A DNA stretch of 42,205 nt from Neocallimastix sp. 'constans' (taxonomy: Eukaryota). Under the pieces are notes generated by a model that saw only the letters and a program-made list of their open reading frames with translations, was not told where the DNA came from and did not search any database. The stretch is from assembly GCA_050613775.1 (NCBI GenBank), contig JBODTK010000152.1:372001-414205 (forward strand), given 5' to 3'. A program made the position numbers and the translations under genes. Below, one piece after another: positions 1 to 13,350 of the stretch (positions within the stretch are counted from its first letter, which is position 1; every line of letters begins with the position of its first letter).

Positions 1-119
<119 letters not shown>

Positions 120-136
120 TTTTATTTATATATTTA

Positions 137-3100
137 CTCTTAATAATTTTGTTTGTCGTAATTCATTCAAAGTATTCCATAACTTTTCAACATCCTCTTT
201 ATACATTGTGTTTTTATCTTTATAATACTGATTTTTCATTCTTTGCTGATATATCGATGGAACAACTTTTGCTTGATAAATTCCATCATTTTCTTCTTCG
301 TTTTTTCTTTGAGTATTTTTAATTATTTCATCATTTAATCCTTCTGGTATTTTTTCATATTTTTCAAATATTTTTAATTTATCTAATTCATATGTATTTC
401 TTAACATCTATTTTTTTTTGTTCGTTATTATTTTAATAAATAATATAATATTTTAATTAAAGATAATTAAAGATTTTAATAAATAATTAGTAATAATTAA
501 TAGTATTTTTTTATTTATTATTTTTTTTATTAAAAATAATTTACCTCCACTTTTCTTTCCAAATAATTTGTAATTCCTTCTTTTTTACGTTCTTCAAATA
601 ATTTCATTAATATTTCAATTTGTTTAGCTAGTACCATTTCCGGTGCCATTAAACGATGATCTATAAAATCAACCGCAAAAAGTTGCATAACTAATAAATA
701 CGGTCTACCATTTTCAATTTCTTGATATTTTGAAAGTGGTTTTGGCCAATAGGTATCCATAACAAATCCTTTATCTTTTGGAACTTCTGAATCTTGTTCA
801 ATCCATAATTGGGGATGATGACGTGACTTTTTAATTATTGGATTAGGTAAGCTTCCTAGTCGACCTAAGGAATCAAACCAATCGTAACCGCTTTTATTTA
901 ATATCATTAAAAAAGAAAAATTTTTAAATTAATTTAATATTAATTATTAAATATAAATATATATTAATACAAATATATATATATTTACAGATTATCTTCT
1001 TCTTGATGAATACGTGCTTCCATTTTTCTTTTATTTGCTGATGTTACATATGGCAAATCTGGAACATAGAGACCTTCAAGTATAGGTTTTCTAAAATTCT
1101 ATATTTTATATAAATATATATATATATATTCATTATTTATATATTTATTAATTATATATTCATTATTTTTTTATTTATTATTTTTATATTTATTATTTTT
1201 ATATTTATTATTTTATATTCACTATTTTTATATTCAATATTATTATTATTATTATTAATTATTATTATTAATTATTGTTGTTGTTGTTCATATTATTATT
1301 TTTATTAATTATTATTGTTGTTGATATTATTATTTTTATTTCTATTGTTATAAATGTCATTTTTTACAATTATCTAATTATTTAATCATATTTATTATAT
1401 ATAAACAGATAATTTATAAATACGAATGTTATTGTTTTTATCATTATTTTTATTTTTATTTTTATTACTGATATCTTTTATAATTATATAATTTTGTAAT
1501 TTTATTTATCATATATAAACCGATAATTTATAAAGAATAATTAGCTTATAATTTCTAATAATAATATACAAAGAGAAAATAGAATATACATACAGTTCCA
1601 TCACCATACCAAGTATCTGTTGTAGTAATATGCCATGAACTTGGATCATATAAAAGTTGTTTTTCCTGTTTGTATATTATAATATAATAATAATATATAT
1701 TATATATTATATATTATATATATTTATTTATTTATTTATTAGTTAAATAAATATATATAATATTTAAATTTTATTATATATATAAATATTTTAAAATATT
1801 TTTAAATATTTATCATTATTATATATTATATATATAATTAAATTATATTTAGTATATTATATTATATATATTATATTATACATATTATATTATATTATAT
1901 TTATTATATACATGTATATAGTTATATTTAAAATTTAATTAATCAAATAATTCAAATAATTTAAAATCAAAATAATAAATTAAATTTTAAATTTGTTTTT
2001 GTTTATGTTTATGTTAATAAATAAAAATTTTAAAAATAAACAAATTTTATAAAACAAACAAATAATGCATATTAAAAAAATAATAATAATAATATATTTT
2101 TATTATTATTTTCATACTGATTCTTTAATTCGTGGTAATAAATGATCCCATTTCCTTATTTCAATATCTTTACCGGTAGAATTTTTGGATGAATTAAGCA
2201 ATTGGAAAATAGCTATTGATATTAAATATTTAAATGAGTATTAATTATATTTAAATATAATAACTTCGAATTTATTTATATATTACTTAATATAAAATAT
2301 AAAGTTATTATATTTATGTTATATAATATAATATAATTCAATTACCTTTTTCTTCTGGAGATTCATATTCAACGGATCGTTCATTCTTAATATCATCTTC
2401 AATAGCTGATTTAAAAACATCCTTTACATTTTCCATACCATGAACTTTATATTTCTTTTTATTTAAATAAATTGAACATTTAGTACTCTTAATAATAAAA
2501 AAAAAATTAATATATATATATGTATATATATATACCTTTTTCTTTTCATAAATTTCGTTTTCCATACTTGCATTGGTGGCTGCATTGGTTTTATTCGCAT
2601 CTAAATTTCTTCCTCTTAACTTAAAACTTGATCTATTACCATCTTGATTATTGTTTTCCAATGATTCAATAGGTGAATTTATCATTGTTCCTCCAGGACC
2701 ATTTCTATTTGATTCTGTTGTAGTGGTTTCACTTTCAGCTGCAGATGCTAAAGAACCGACTTCTCTTCCTAATCTTCTCGAAAATCCTCTGGATTGAAAT
2801 TTTGAAAAACGTTTCTTTAATTGTGGAAAATTATTATCCTTTAAATTTTCATTTTATTATATTTATATATATATATATATTAATACAATTATTAAAAAAT
2901 TTTAATAATAAAAATATTAAATTTTAAAAATTTATAATGGCTTATTAAATAATTTAATAAATATTTACAATTTTCATTGATATTCCAGCCTCTGGAACGA
3001 AACTAACAGTTGAAGGTTTTGAATCTTTATCATTAAATTCTGTAGGTGGTGACGTTTTTTTATATGAATAATTTAATGGCTAAAATACAAAATATAATAT

Positions 3101-3469
3101 TTTCAGTAATATTTTTATATAATTAGAACTACTTTTTAAAAAATTTTACATCTTATAATTATTATTAATAGTTTAATATTACTTGAGGAGCATAAGAGGT
3201 TTGTTTCTTAATTCCTAACGGATCATTTTCATCAATTTTATTATTTGATTCTAAAACAGAATTCTTTTTTAATCTAATTTCATTAAGTCTTTGTTTTGCT
3301 CTTTCAATCAAATCTATTCTATCTTTCCGACTACTTCAGTATCATTGTTATTACGATATAATAATTTTACATTAATTCTTATTAATTCATTTTTATATTA
3401 AAAATAAATATTATTATACCTTCTATTTAAAGAGCTTGTGCTCCCAGAATTAAGTGAATCATTATTCAT
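137..3469 (-). CDS. CC2D2A: CC2D2A/MKS6-like ciliary transition-zone protein, 5' part (~10 exons; continues past the window start)
   Basis: ATG at 3469. GT-AG exons join in frame (e.g. 3420-3469, 3183-3330, 2118-2212, 1594-1665, 989-1098, 545-890, 137-407). The spliced product contains EGLYVPDLPYVTSANKRKMEARI..WFDSLGRLGSLPNPI and FIDHRLMAPEMVLAKQIEILMKLFEERKK..YLERKVEMLRN. These parallel the CC2D2A N-terminal blocks EGLY..MENRL..WF..G.L..LPNPI and F.HH.....E.VLA..L..LY. Confidence 0.8.
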
Positions 3470-5520
3470 TTCTTTAAATTAGTATCTTAAAATTTATTTT
3501 ATCTCTTAAAAATATGATAATAAAATAAACATAATATTTCTATTTATAATAAAATTATGTTTAATAAGTAATTATTATTATTTAACAATTAAAAAATTGA
3601 AAAGAATGAAAAGAAATATTTGTAGTTCAAGAAATTTAATTTTAACTTATTTTTGATTTATTTTATGTTAATGTTATTTTTATTAAATTAAAATTTTAAT
3701 TTAAAAGATATTTAATTTATTTAAACTTTAAAATCATTTTTTTTAAAAAAAAAAAATAAAAAAAAAAAAAAAAAATTTAGATTAAAAATTTTGTAAAACA
3801 TAAATACGTGTTATTTTATTTTCATTATTATTTTTCTTTTATTATGATATAAATTAATTATAATAATATTTGTAAGGTAATATATATTTTTACTTAAAAA
3901 AATATAGAAATATTTAACCTGCTTAATAATTTTAAAATATATAATAAGTTGAATTTTTTACTATTATATCAAATTCAAAAATAATTTCAATTATCTATAT
4001 ATTTAATTTTATATGTAATTAAAAGAAATTAATTAAATAATTGTTTATTTTTTATTTTTTTTTATAGATACAAAATTAAAATAAACCAAAATAAAATATT
4101 AATTACAATTATAAAAACAAATTTTAAAATTACTTATTACTTGTATATATTTTTTATTATTTATTATATATATTTATATTAAACTTTAAAATATTTAACT
4201 TTTATATTTAATAAAATTTTTTATTTTTATATATATATAGAAATTTTATTTACGTTTGATGTACATTTTTTTTTTTTTGGTAGTCTATAAATAATATTAA
4301 TAATGTTCAGGTATTATATAATAACGTTATTAATATTATTTATCCAGATTTTGTAATTGCATATGCTTTCAACTTTAAATTCAGAAATCGAATCCAATAT
4401 ATATATTATTATAATTATTATTGTTATATTAATGTCATATTACATATACTTAGGTTTAATTATTTAAACATTTAATGAAAAATGTATATAATAAAAAATA
4501 ATATTAATGAATATTTTTCATTATTATAAAAAAGATGATTTTATAAATAATTAATAATTTTAATAATAAAAAAAATATTAATACTATTTAATATTATATA
4601 AATATATAATTATATATAAATTTCGATTTTATGTATAATAGTTAAATTAATAAAATGTTTATTTTATAATTAAGTACAATGTAATAAAAAATTAAAATTA
4701 AAAATTGTGTACCATTAGTATTTTATTAACATAAATTTTATAATAAATAATATTAAAATGTTTATAAGTGAATAAATATATAATAAATAAATAAATATTT
4801 ATATATTAATAAATACATGGATAGTTTAATGAATAAAAAAACTAAGTATTAAAATGTAAATAGTAAAAAATTGAGATTAAAATTATATTAAATAAAATTT
4901 ATAAAAATTTTTCATTATATATTTATCTATATATCATAATAATTATTACTATATTTTAATTTTCTCTTTATAAATTTTAATTATAATATAATTTTAGTAT
5001 GCTTTTATTTATTAATTTATTTTTAAAACTTTTGAATTTCTTCGTTTTTTTCAATGAAATATAATTCATTTTACTTACTTTATATAATATAAAAACTCCA
5101 TAATTGATATAATGAGTATTATTAATATTATTATGTTAATTATTATTTAAATTATTTATATATTATATAATAAATAAATAAAAATAAAATAATAAATTGT
5201 CAATTACTATAAATAAAAACAGTAAATGTTATTATAATCACATTATTTTATTACATAGTTATTTTATATTTTTTTAATTATTATTTATTATTATTATTAT
5301 TTATTAATGTTGTTATTTTATTCAAAATAAAATTATTTAAAATTATATTCATTTAACAATCTTATTTTATAAAAATAAAAAAAAAAAAATAATTCAACAA
5401 AATACATTCGCATTTCATTTTTAGTATCAATAATGTTTTTTCATTTAATTTAATATATATTTCACAATCAGTATTAATAAACAAATTTAAAGAATAACCA
5501 AAATTTATTTAAATATAATA

Positions 5521-5566
<46 letters not shown>

Positions 5567-6019
5567 TATAAAATAAATTTTTAAGAGTTGAAAAATAAAA
5601 ATAAGCAAATATTTGTTGCTTTAATATAAATAATGAATTTAATGTAAATATTAAAAAATAAAAAGTATAATATAAACATTTATTAATTTTTTAAAAAAAA
5701 TTAAAAGTAAAAATGAAAATGAAATAAAATAAAATAAAATAAAATAAAAAAAGTATTAGTATCTCTTTATTTATATATAATATTTATTAATTTATTTTTT
5801 ATATATATGTAATTTCTTCATATATTGTATAATATTATATATCATATATTTACATTATCAAAATAAATGAATAAAAAAAAAAAGAAAAAGAAGAAAATGA
5901 GTAATTATTAAATTTATCTAATATATTTTTTGGCAATATTTATATAAACTTCATCAAAATAAAAGTAAAAAGTAAATATATAATAAACATTAATATAAAG
6001 TCATATATATATATGAAAG

Positions 6020-7534
6020 ATGGATGATAGACATCAAGATTACTCCAAAAAGAATCATTATTATTCTTCTCGTCAACAAAAATCTAATGACTTAGCAATA
6101 AATAATGAAAAATCTCAAAATTATACGTATGAAGGAGATTCATTGCCCATAAATGACCAAAAAATTGCAAAATTGAAAAAAATTTTTAATGATGCACTTG
6201 CAGATTTTACAACACCTACTGATTTAGATGAGTATAATATGACTGGACAAGAAAGTCCTTCCTCTCAAGGTAGAAGCTGTAGAGATAAAAAATTAAGTAA
6301 TGAAGGATATTCTCCAGGTTCCTATAGAAAACATTATCAACCTGTTGATTCTTCTTATAATAAATTCTTTAATTCAAACGAAAGACGTCCTTCTCAGCCG
6401 GAATATGATAATATACTAAGCCATAATCCAATAGATAGAGCAATATCAGATATAAGTCCAAAATCTTATTCATTTTTCCAGCAAAAATCATATGAACGAA
6501 AGAAATCTAATGAATATCATACACATGCTGGTAAATATGCAACTGGAAAATCATCAGGTAAAATTGAAAAATATTAATATATCATAATAGAAAAATTAAA
6601 TAGTTTTATGAAAATATATATTTATTTTATTAGTTACTTTTATATATATTTATTAATAAAATATGTATAACAAATATAAAATATAATATATATTCGATTT
6701 TTTCTGTTTAAATTAATTTACTTTGAATATTATTAATTTAAAAATTAAATTTATATATATATAACTAAAAAAAAAAAAAAAAAAAAAAATAAACCTATAA
6801 TAATTGTTAAACTTTTGAAATATATAGATATTGAAAAATACTCTCAAGATAACATAAATGATAATAATAATATTTATGAAGAAATTCGAAAAAATAGTAA
6901 AGATATATATTTGCAATTAGATAATGAACAATTATCACAATCAAGTTGCCAGTATGATTTTGATAATAGAAGAACTTCAGCGAAATCATTAAACTCAGAT
7001 ATATATAGATATAATACTGATTATTATAACTATTCTAGTAAATCATCTTTAAATAGGCCAATGAAAATTAACGGAAGAAAAAAATCTAATGCATCAGATA
7101 TGGATTATTCAGATAATTCTTCCTCGAAATCATCAAGTTATAAAAATATTCAAATTCCACAACCTCTTACTGAATTAGAAAAACATGCTGTTCAAAGATT
7201 ATCATTGTCTTCAAAGATTCATTATTATGAAAGTAATGGTCTAATCACACCCCAAACGAAATCAAATTATAGAGACAATTCACCCGTTAGAAGTCAAAGC
7301 AATTCTCCTATTATTAGTAGAAAAGAAAGATTAAATGAAATTAGTCCAAAAATTAATCCATCAGGAAAAGAAAATGTATCTTCATTATTAAGATCGGATA
7401 TTCCTGATAGAAATTCATCTCGTCAGCAATCACAACAACGATTTGGAAATAGATCAATTTCACCATCGGCAAGAAGACCTAGTTTTAATACACATCATCA
7501 CTCTCCATCTCATTCTTCTTCTTTAGCATTATCT

Positions 7535-7566
<32 letters not shown>

Positions 7567-10006
7567 CAATAATAATAATAATAATAATAATAGTAACAAC
7601 AACTTAAATATATTTGGTGTCAATAACAGTGGATTATTACTTTTTGATGATGCTGAAATTAAAAATTCATCTTCCTTTTCTTTAACTAATATTAATAATA
7701 AAAACAACTATACTTCCCCAGGACATCACAATCATCATTATAAGCATTCAATATTTAAAGATACCAATACAAAATCTAATTCTATACCACACATTCCAGA
7801 AAAGCAGATTAAAAACTCGATTTATTCATCTTCACCTTCTCTAAAGCATTCTCAACATTTTAGAAAAAATAGTACCGAAGAAATATTCTCAAGGGTAGGA
7901 CTTAATAAATCATATAATTCAAATGATAAAAATGGTATATTGGATGGCTCTGAAATTAAAAATATAAATTCATTAACAGATGCTCTAAATGAATTGGAAT
8001 TAAAAGGATCAGACAAAATTAGAGAGAAAGAAAGAGATAGAGATAGAGATAAAGAAAAATATAAAGATAGAGAAAGAAACAGAGATAAAGAGAGAGATAG
8101 AACAAGAGAACCTAAAAGAGAACATGTGTCATCAATTGACGCTGTAACTAAATTCTTTAAAAGGGATGCTCCAGAATCGTATAAAAATGTACCTTTAGCG
8201 AAAGAAACAATAAATGTATCAGAACAAACTGCAATGGAAATTCCATTTCCAATGCCACCAAAGGAAAAATCAAATAAAATTGACTATGAACCAAGGAAAT
8301 TCCTTTATAAAGGAAGAGTTTGGCAAGTTATTAATAGTTCTCAAGCAAAAGATAGATTTTTATTTCTTTTTAATGATATATTAATTATCACCAAACCTAT
8401 TAAAAATCTCAGTGATGGTACATTTAAATATCAAACAAAATCTATTTTGGAATGTAAAAGGTTAAAAAGTACTCTTAGAGAAGAACGAATGTCTTTATAT
8501 GAATATTCTAGATATTTCAGTCACCCAACAATTATTCAAGCCATCCATCGATTTGCAACGAATCATATAAAAGCATTAAGAGAAATTATTGAACAGAATT
8601 TATTACCATGTACACCAGATTCTATTTCATACTTTTTACATTGTGCTCCAAACTTAAGTAAACGTCAGATCGGATGTTTTTTAGGACTTTTAGAACATAC
8701 TGATATCTTAGAGTCTTATCTTGCAGATTTTCCATTTAGACTTTTATCTATTGATGAATCTTTTCGTCTTTTACTCCAATCCTTAACTCTTCCGCAAGAT
8801 GCATTAGCACTTGATCATTTATTGGAAGTATTTTCAAAAAAATGGTATGAGGAAAATAAAAATCATCTATCTATTAATCTTGCGACAACACTTAGAATTG
8901 TTTATTCAATAATAGAATTAAACTCTAATCTTCATGATAATCCATCTAACTTACAAGGCAATTCTTTGTCAAGAAATGATACCCATTTAATTACCTTAAA
9001 TAAGTTTATATCCAATTTTACTAATGCTGACGGTACCTGTAGTGCTTCACCTGAATTATTAACTAGAATATATAAAAATATAGAAAAAAATAAATTAGAA
9101 ACTTCAATAGACATTAGAGAAGAAAGGAAAAAAATTACACTATCTTATTATAATCATAGAAATACTACCTCTAAACATTTAAGTAATAGTAGTACTAAAA
9201 ATGCACAACAATTAGTTACCCTTTTCCCATCGAGGCTATCCCAAAAAGAAACGTCGGATTATATCACTATAACAATTCCTGAACCAGATCCGAATATTCA
9301 AATACAGATTTTTGGGCAAGATTTAAGAATTGAGCCATCAATTCTTCATTTTAAAAATAGTAATAAAGCTCAATTTAGAGTAAGAGCATCTAAATCACAA
9401 GGTAGAAAACTTGTCATGTTCTATAAATTAGGAGCAAACGCACCAAAATATTATTCCTTAGAACCAAAATGTATTGTAATAGAACCAGCTTTCTTAAGAT
9501 ATTCCTTTGGTATGGAATATTTTGAACCTTTTCCAGATAATAGTAGTGTATCTTCACGTTCATCTTTAAGACGTAGTAGAAGAAAGCGTTATCTTTTTGC
9601 TGTGAAAGAAAAGCATTCAAAAGAAGAATGGCTCAAAAATTTAGAACCAATTACTATACCGAAAGAAAAAATAGGTATAAATGGTTACCCGAAAAGGAAG
9701 CGCAGAAGACGTCGTAGTAGTGTTTGTTCCTCTATTGTAGATTCATCTATATTAGATGAAACAAGTGAAAGTTTTTCAGATTTAGGAAGTATCTCCGGTG
9801 AACTATATAATTCAGATGATGAATGTGAATTAGTAGTAGATATGGCTAATGATGCAACTTCATTTGTTCTTAAAGAGAAAGTTTTACCTTCTGATGGACC
9901 ATTCCTTACCGAAGAGGAACTTATTACCCTTGTAAAAAATAATGGAAAGTTATCGTTAATTATAGGTTGGATGGGTGAATTAGCTTCTGGACATAGAACT
10001 CTATAG
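6020..10006 (+). CDS. Sec7-domain (Arf-GEF-like) protein with split PH-like domain and long low-complexity N-terminus; 2 exons, ~1238 aa
   Basis: Exons 6020-6557 and 6828-10006 join in phase 1 (G|AT=Asp). Sec7 hallmarks: LSKRQIGCFLG, IDESFRLLLQSLTLPQDALALDHLLEVFSKKW, YSIIELNSNLH. PH-like strands RKFLYKGRVWQV..KDRFLFLFNDILIITK precede it and KRYLFAVKEKHSKEEWLKNL follows it. Confidence 0.85.
7541..7602 (+). repeat. (AAT)n coding microsatellite giving a poly-Asn tract
   Basis: AAT/AAC run in frame within the Sec7-protein exon. Confidence 0.9.
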
Positions 10007-11245
10007 AAAGCTATCTAATAAAAAAAAATGATATTTATATGTATAAATGATAAATAAATAATATATATATATATATATATCTATAAATCAAAAGTATTAC
10101 AGGAAATATATACAATAGAAACTTTAAAATATAATAATAAGTAAAAAAATAAATAAAATAAATAATTATAAAAAATAAAAGATAACAAAAGAATATCAAT
10201 TGATAAATGATAATATAATTAAACTAATATTATTATTAAATAAATAAATATAATAATAAATATAACAATAAATAATAAAAATAAAATAAAAAAAAAAGAA
10301 AGAAAGAAATTATAATAAACAAAAAATTAAAAAAAATATTATATATATTAATATAATTACTATATATGTAATATATGTATATGTTTATGTTTTATTTAAA
10401 ATAAACATAAAAAAAATGTCAAGATACTTTAAAATTAACCAAAATAAAAAACTCAACTATTAAAGAATATTATAAAATTGTTATTTATTTACATTTATTT
10501 ACTTATTTATTCATTTATTCATTTATTTATTCATTTATTAAATGATATATACACCATTGATTTGATATAACCAATCATTAAGTAATGTAGAGATGTAACT
10601 TAATTTGAAAATTTTAATTATTATAATATTTTAAATTATATAAATAATTGATTTGATTTTTAATTAAATTTTCAATATATTATAATTAACTAAAATATAT
10701 AATTCTGATAAATTAAATTAATAAATTCTATTAATCATATTTCATAAAAAAGAAAAAAAGCATTCTAAAATGCGTATTAAAAATCATAATAAAATATTAA
10801 TTTTTAATGAATTTCATATTGGAAAGAAAAACAAGGAAATAAACTTTATAATATAATAAATATAAGACAGTAAAATAAACTTTGAAATTTCATTTTCAAA
10901 TAATTATTAAAAAAAAAAAAAAAAAAAAAAAATCTAAAATCTACATTAGAAAAAAAAATAATTATTATAAATATTAAATAAACTTTGGCAACGTCGTAAA
11001 ATTAAATTATAATTAAAAAAAATAAGTAATATATATAATAAGGAAATAATAAGTAAATAAATAAAAATAAAAATAAAAATAAAAATAAAAATAAAAATAA
11101 AAAAATGAAATAAAAAAAGTATAAGAATAAAAAATATATAAAAAGAAACTAAAACTATATTAAACCATTAAATATTAAATATTTATGTTGAATAAAGTTA
11201 AAAATAAGAGTAAATTATTCAAAAGCAAAAAATTAAAAAAAAAAA

Positions 11246-11282
<37 letters not shown>

Positions 11283-11635
11283 TAAATAAATAAAGCATTA
11301 AAGAAACAATAAAAAATATCTATTAAATATATTAAAATATTATATATTTATTAAATTTAACTTTATAAAATAATAAACAGTTAATAAATTTATTTTATAA
11401 AATAATTATATAGATAGTTATAAAGGTAAAAAAATAATACATAAATTGTTAATTCTAATAAAATATTTATTAATTTAATTTTTTTATTTGTATTATATAT
11501 ATATTTAAAATTATTTTATTTAAATTTTTAAATTTAATATTTGAAAAAATATAAATAAATTAATTATAAAATTTTATTTAATATAACTTACTAAAAAAAA
11601 AAAAAAAAAGAAAGAAAGAAAGAAAAGAAAAGAAA

Positions 11636-13312
11636 ATGGATCCCAGTGCACAAAATTTCTTAGTAAATTTATTTAATTCAAATAAAGTGGAAAATTCCAT
11701 GGATCAAAATAAATCATTTAATCCAAATGGACAGTCAATAATGTCAGCACAAAATCAAAATTTTCAAGGACAGTTACCACTTATGTTTAATCTAAATCAA
11801 GCATATGTTGTTCCTCCACAAAATCCAAATATTAATAAAGAAATGTCACAAAGTATACTATCAATTTTACAAAAGAAGGAACCAGAAAAGAGTGAAACTT
11901 CAATTAGTATGTCACCACTTCCAACTAATGAAAGTAGAATTCAAACACCAATTAATCAAAATGCAACATTATCAAGTAATACCGAAGAATTAAAGAAATT
12001 ATTACAAATTAATACAACTAATGATAATAACCAGTCAAAAAATATTTCTCTAACTTCAGCACCACCAATTCAAGAAGAAAAGAGAATGACCATGGAACCA
12101 ATTAAAACCAATGAGAAACCAAAAATTCAATCAAATCCAAATACACCTTTATTTGGTTATATTAATCCATTTACTTCTATTACTAGTAATACCAATGAAA
12201 ACTTTCCACCAAAAACTGAAAAATCAGATTCTGAGCATGTAATTGATAAAATTCAGGATATCAATAAAGATGAAACCAATATTAATAGTCAACCTAAAAA
12301 AGAATCGAGCAATAAAAAATCAAACGAGTTTGAAGCTAATACGTATATATAATTTAAAAAACATAAAAATATTTATTAGTTTATTTATCTATCTTTTTAT
12401 TCATTTATTTATTTATTTATTTATTTATCTAATAATGGAATTTATTAAAATATTATTAAATTATAATTCTATATGTTTTTATAAGTGTTACCTCATTAAA
12501 GAATGGTATTGTATTTGATCTCGATAGTGGTTTAGATAATGCTCAACCAGCAAAAGAAATTATTACTGTAACTAAAAGTAAATAAAAAAAATAAATAATA
12601 TATATTATACAGAACATATTAATAAATTATTTTTATATTTATCAATTTGAATTTCGTAAAAATAATTAAAATATAGTTAAAAGAAATATTGAAAAAGTAC
12701 CAGGAAAAGAAATTGCTGTAAATAATAACTATATCTGTTATATTTCAAAGAATAAAAACATTAGAATTATACATCAAGAATCAGGTGATTTCAGATTGTT
12801 TAAAGGACATGAACAAAAAATTATTGATATCGTAGTTTTTATTTCCAAAAATCAAAATAAAACTTCATTAAAAGGAGTTTCCATTGATATCAATAATACA
12901 TTAATTTTATGGACTGAAGATAATAATAAAGAGTAAAAATATTTTTTAATATTAATAAATGATAAAATATATACCAATTAATATTATTTTATATAAAGAT
13001 GATATATAATATATACTTATACTTTTAACTATAATTTTATAAATATAAATAAAGATTTAAAAAACTATTAGTTGTTAAAGGAAAAAACAATGGATCAAAT
13101 AGATTCCAAAGAGTTTTATTCCATCCATCAAACGAAAATATTTTCGCTGTTTCAACCAATACAAATACAATTTTATTATTTGATTTAAGAAAATACAAAG
13201 AATCAATTATTACTGAAGTCAATGCAATTGAAAATGAACAGGATATTCAATGTATCTCTTATAACTCTGTAAATATTAAAAATAAAATTAAATAAAACTT
13301 AAAAATTAAAAA

Positions 13313-13350
<38 letters not shown>

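Noticed and set aside
3470..6019. RFX X-box upstream of the ciliary gene
   Set aside because: Only partial half-sites are visible, with no full GTNRCC-N-RGYAAC match.
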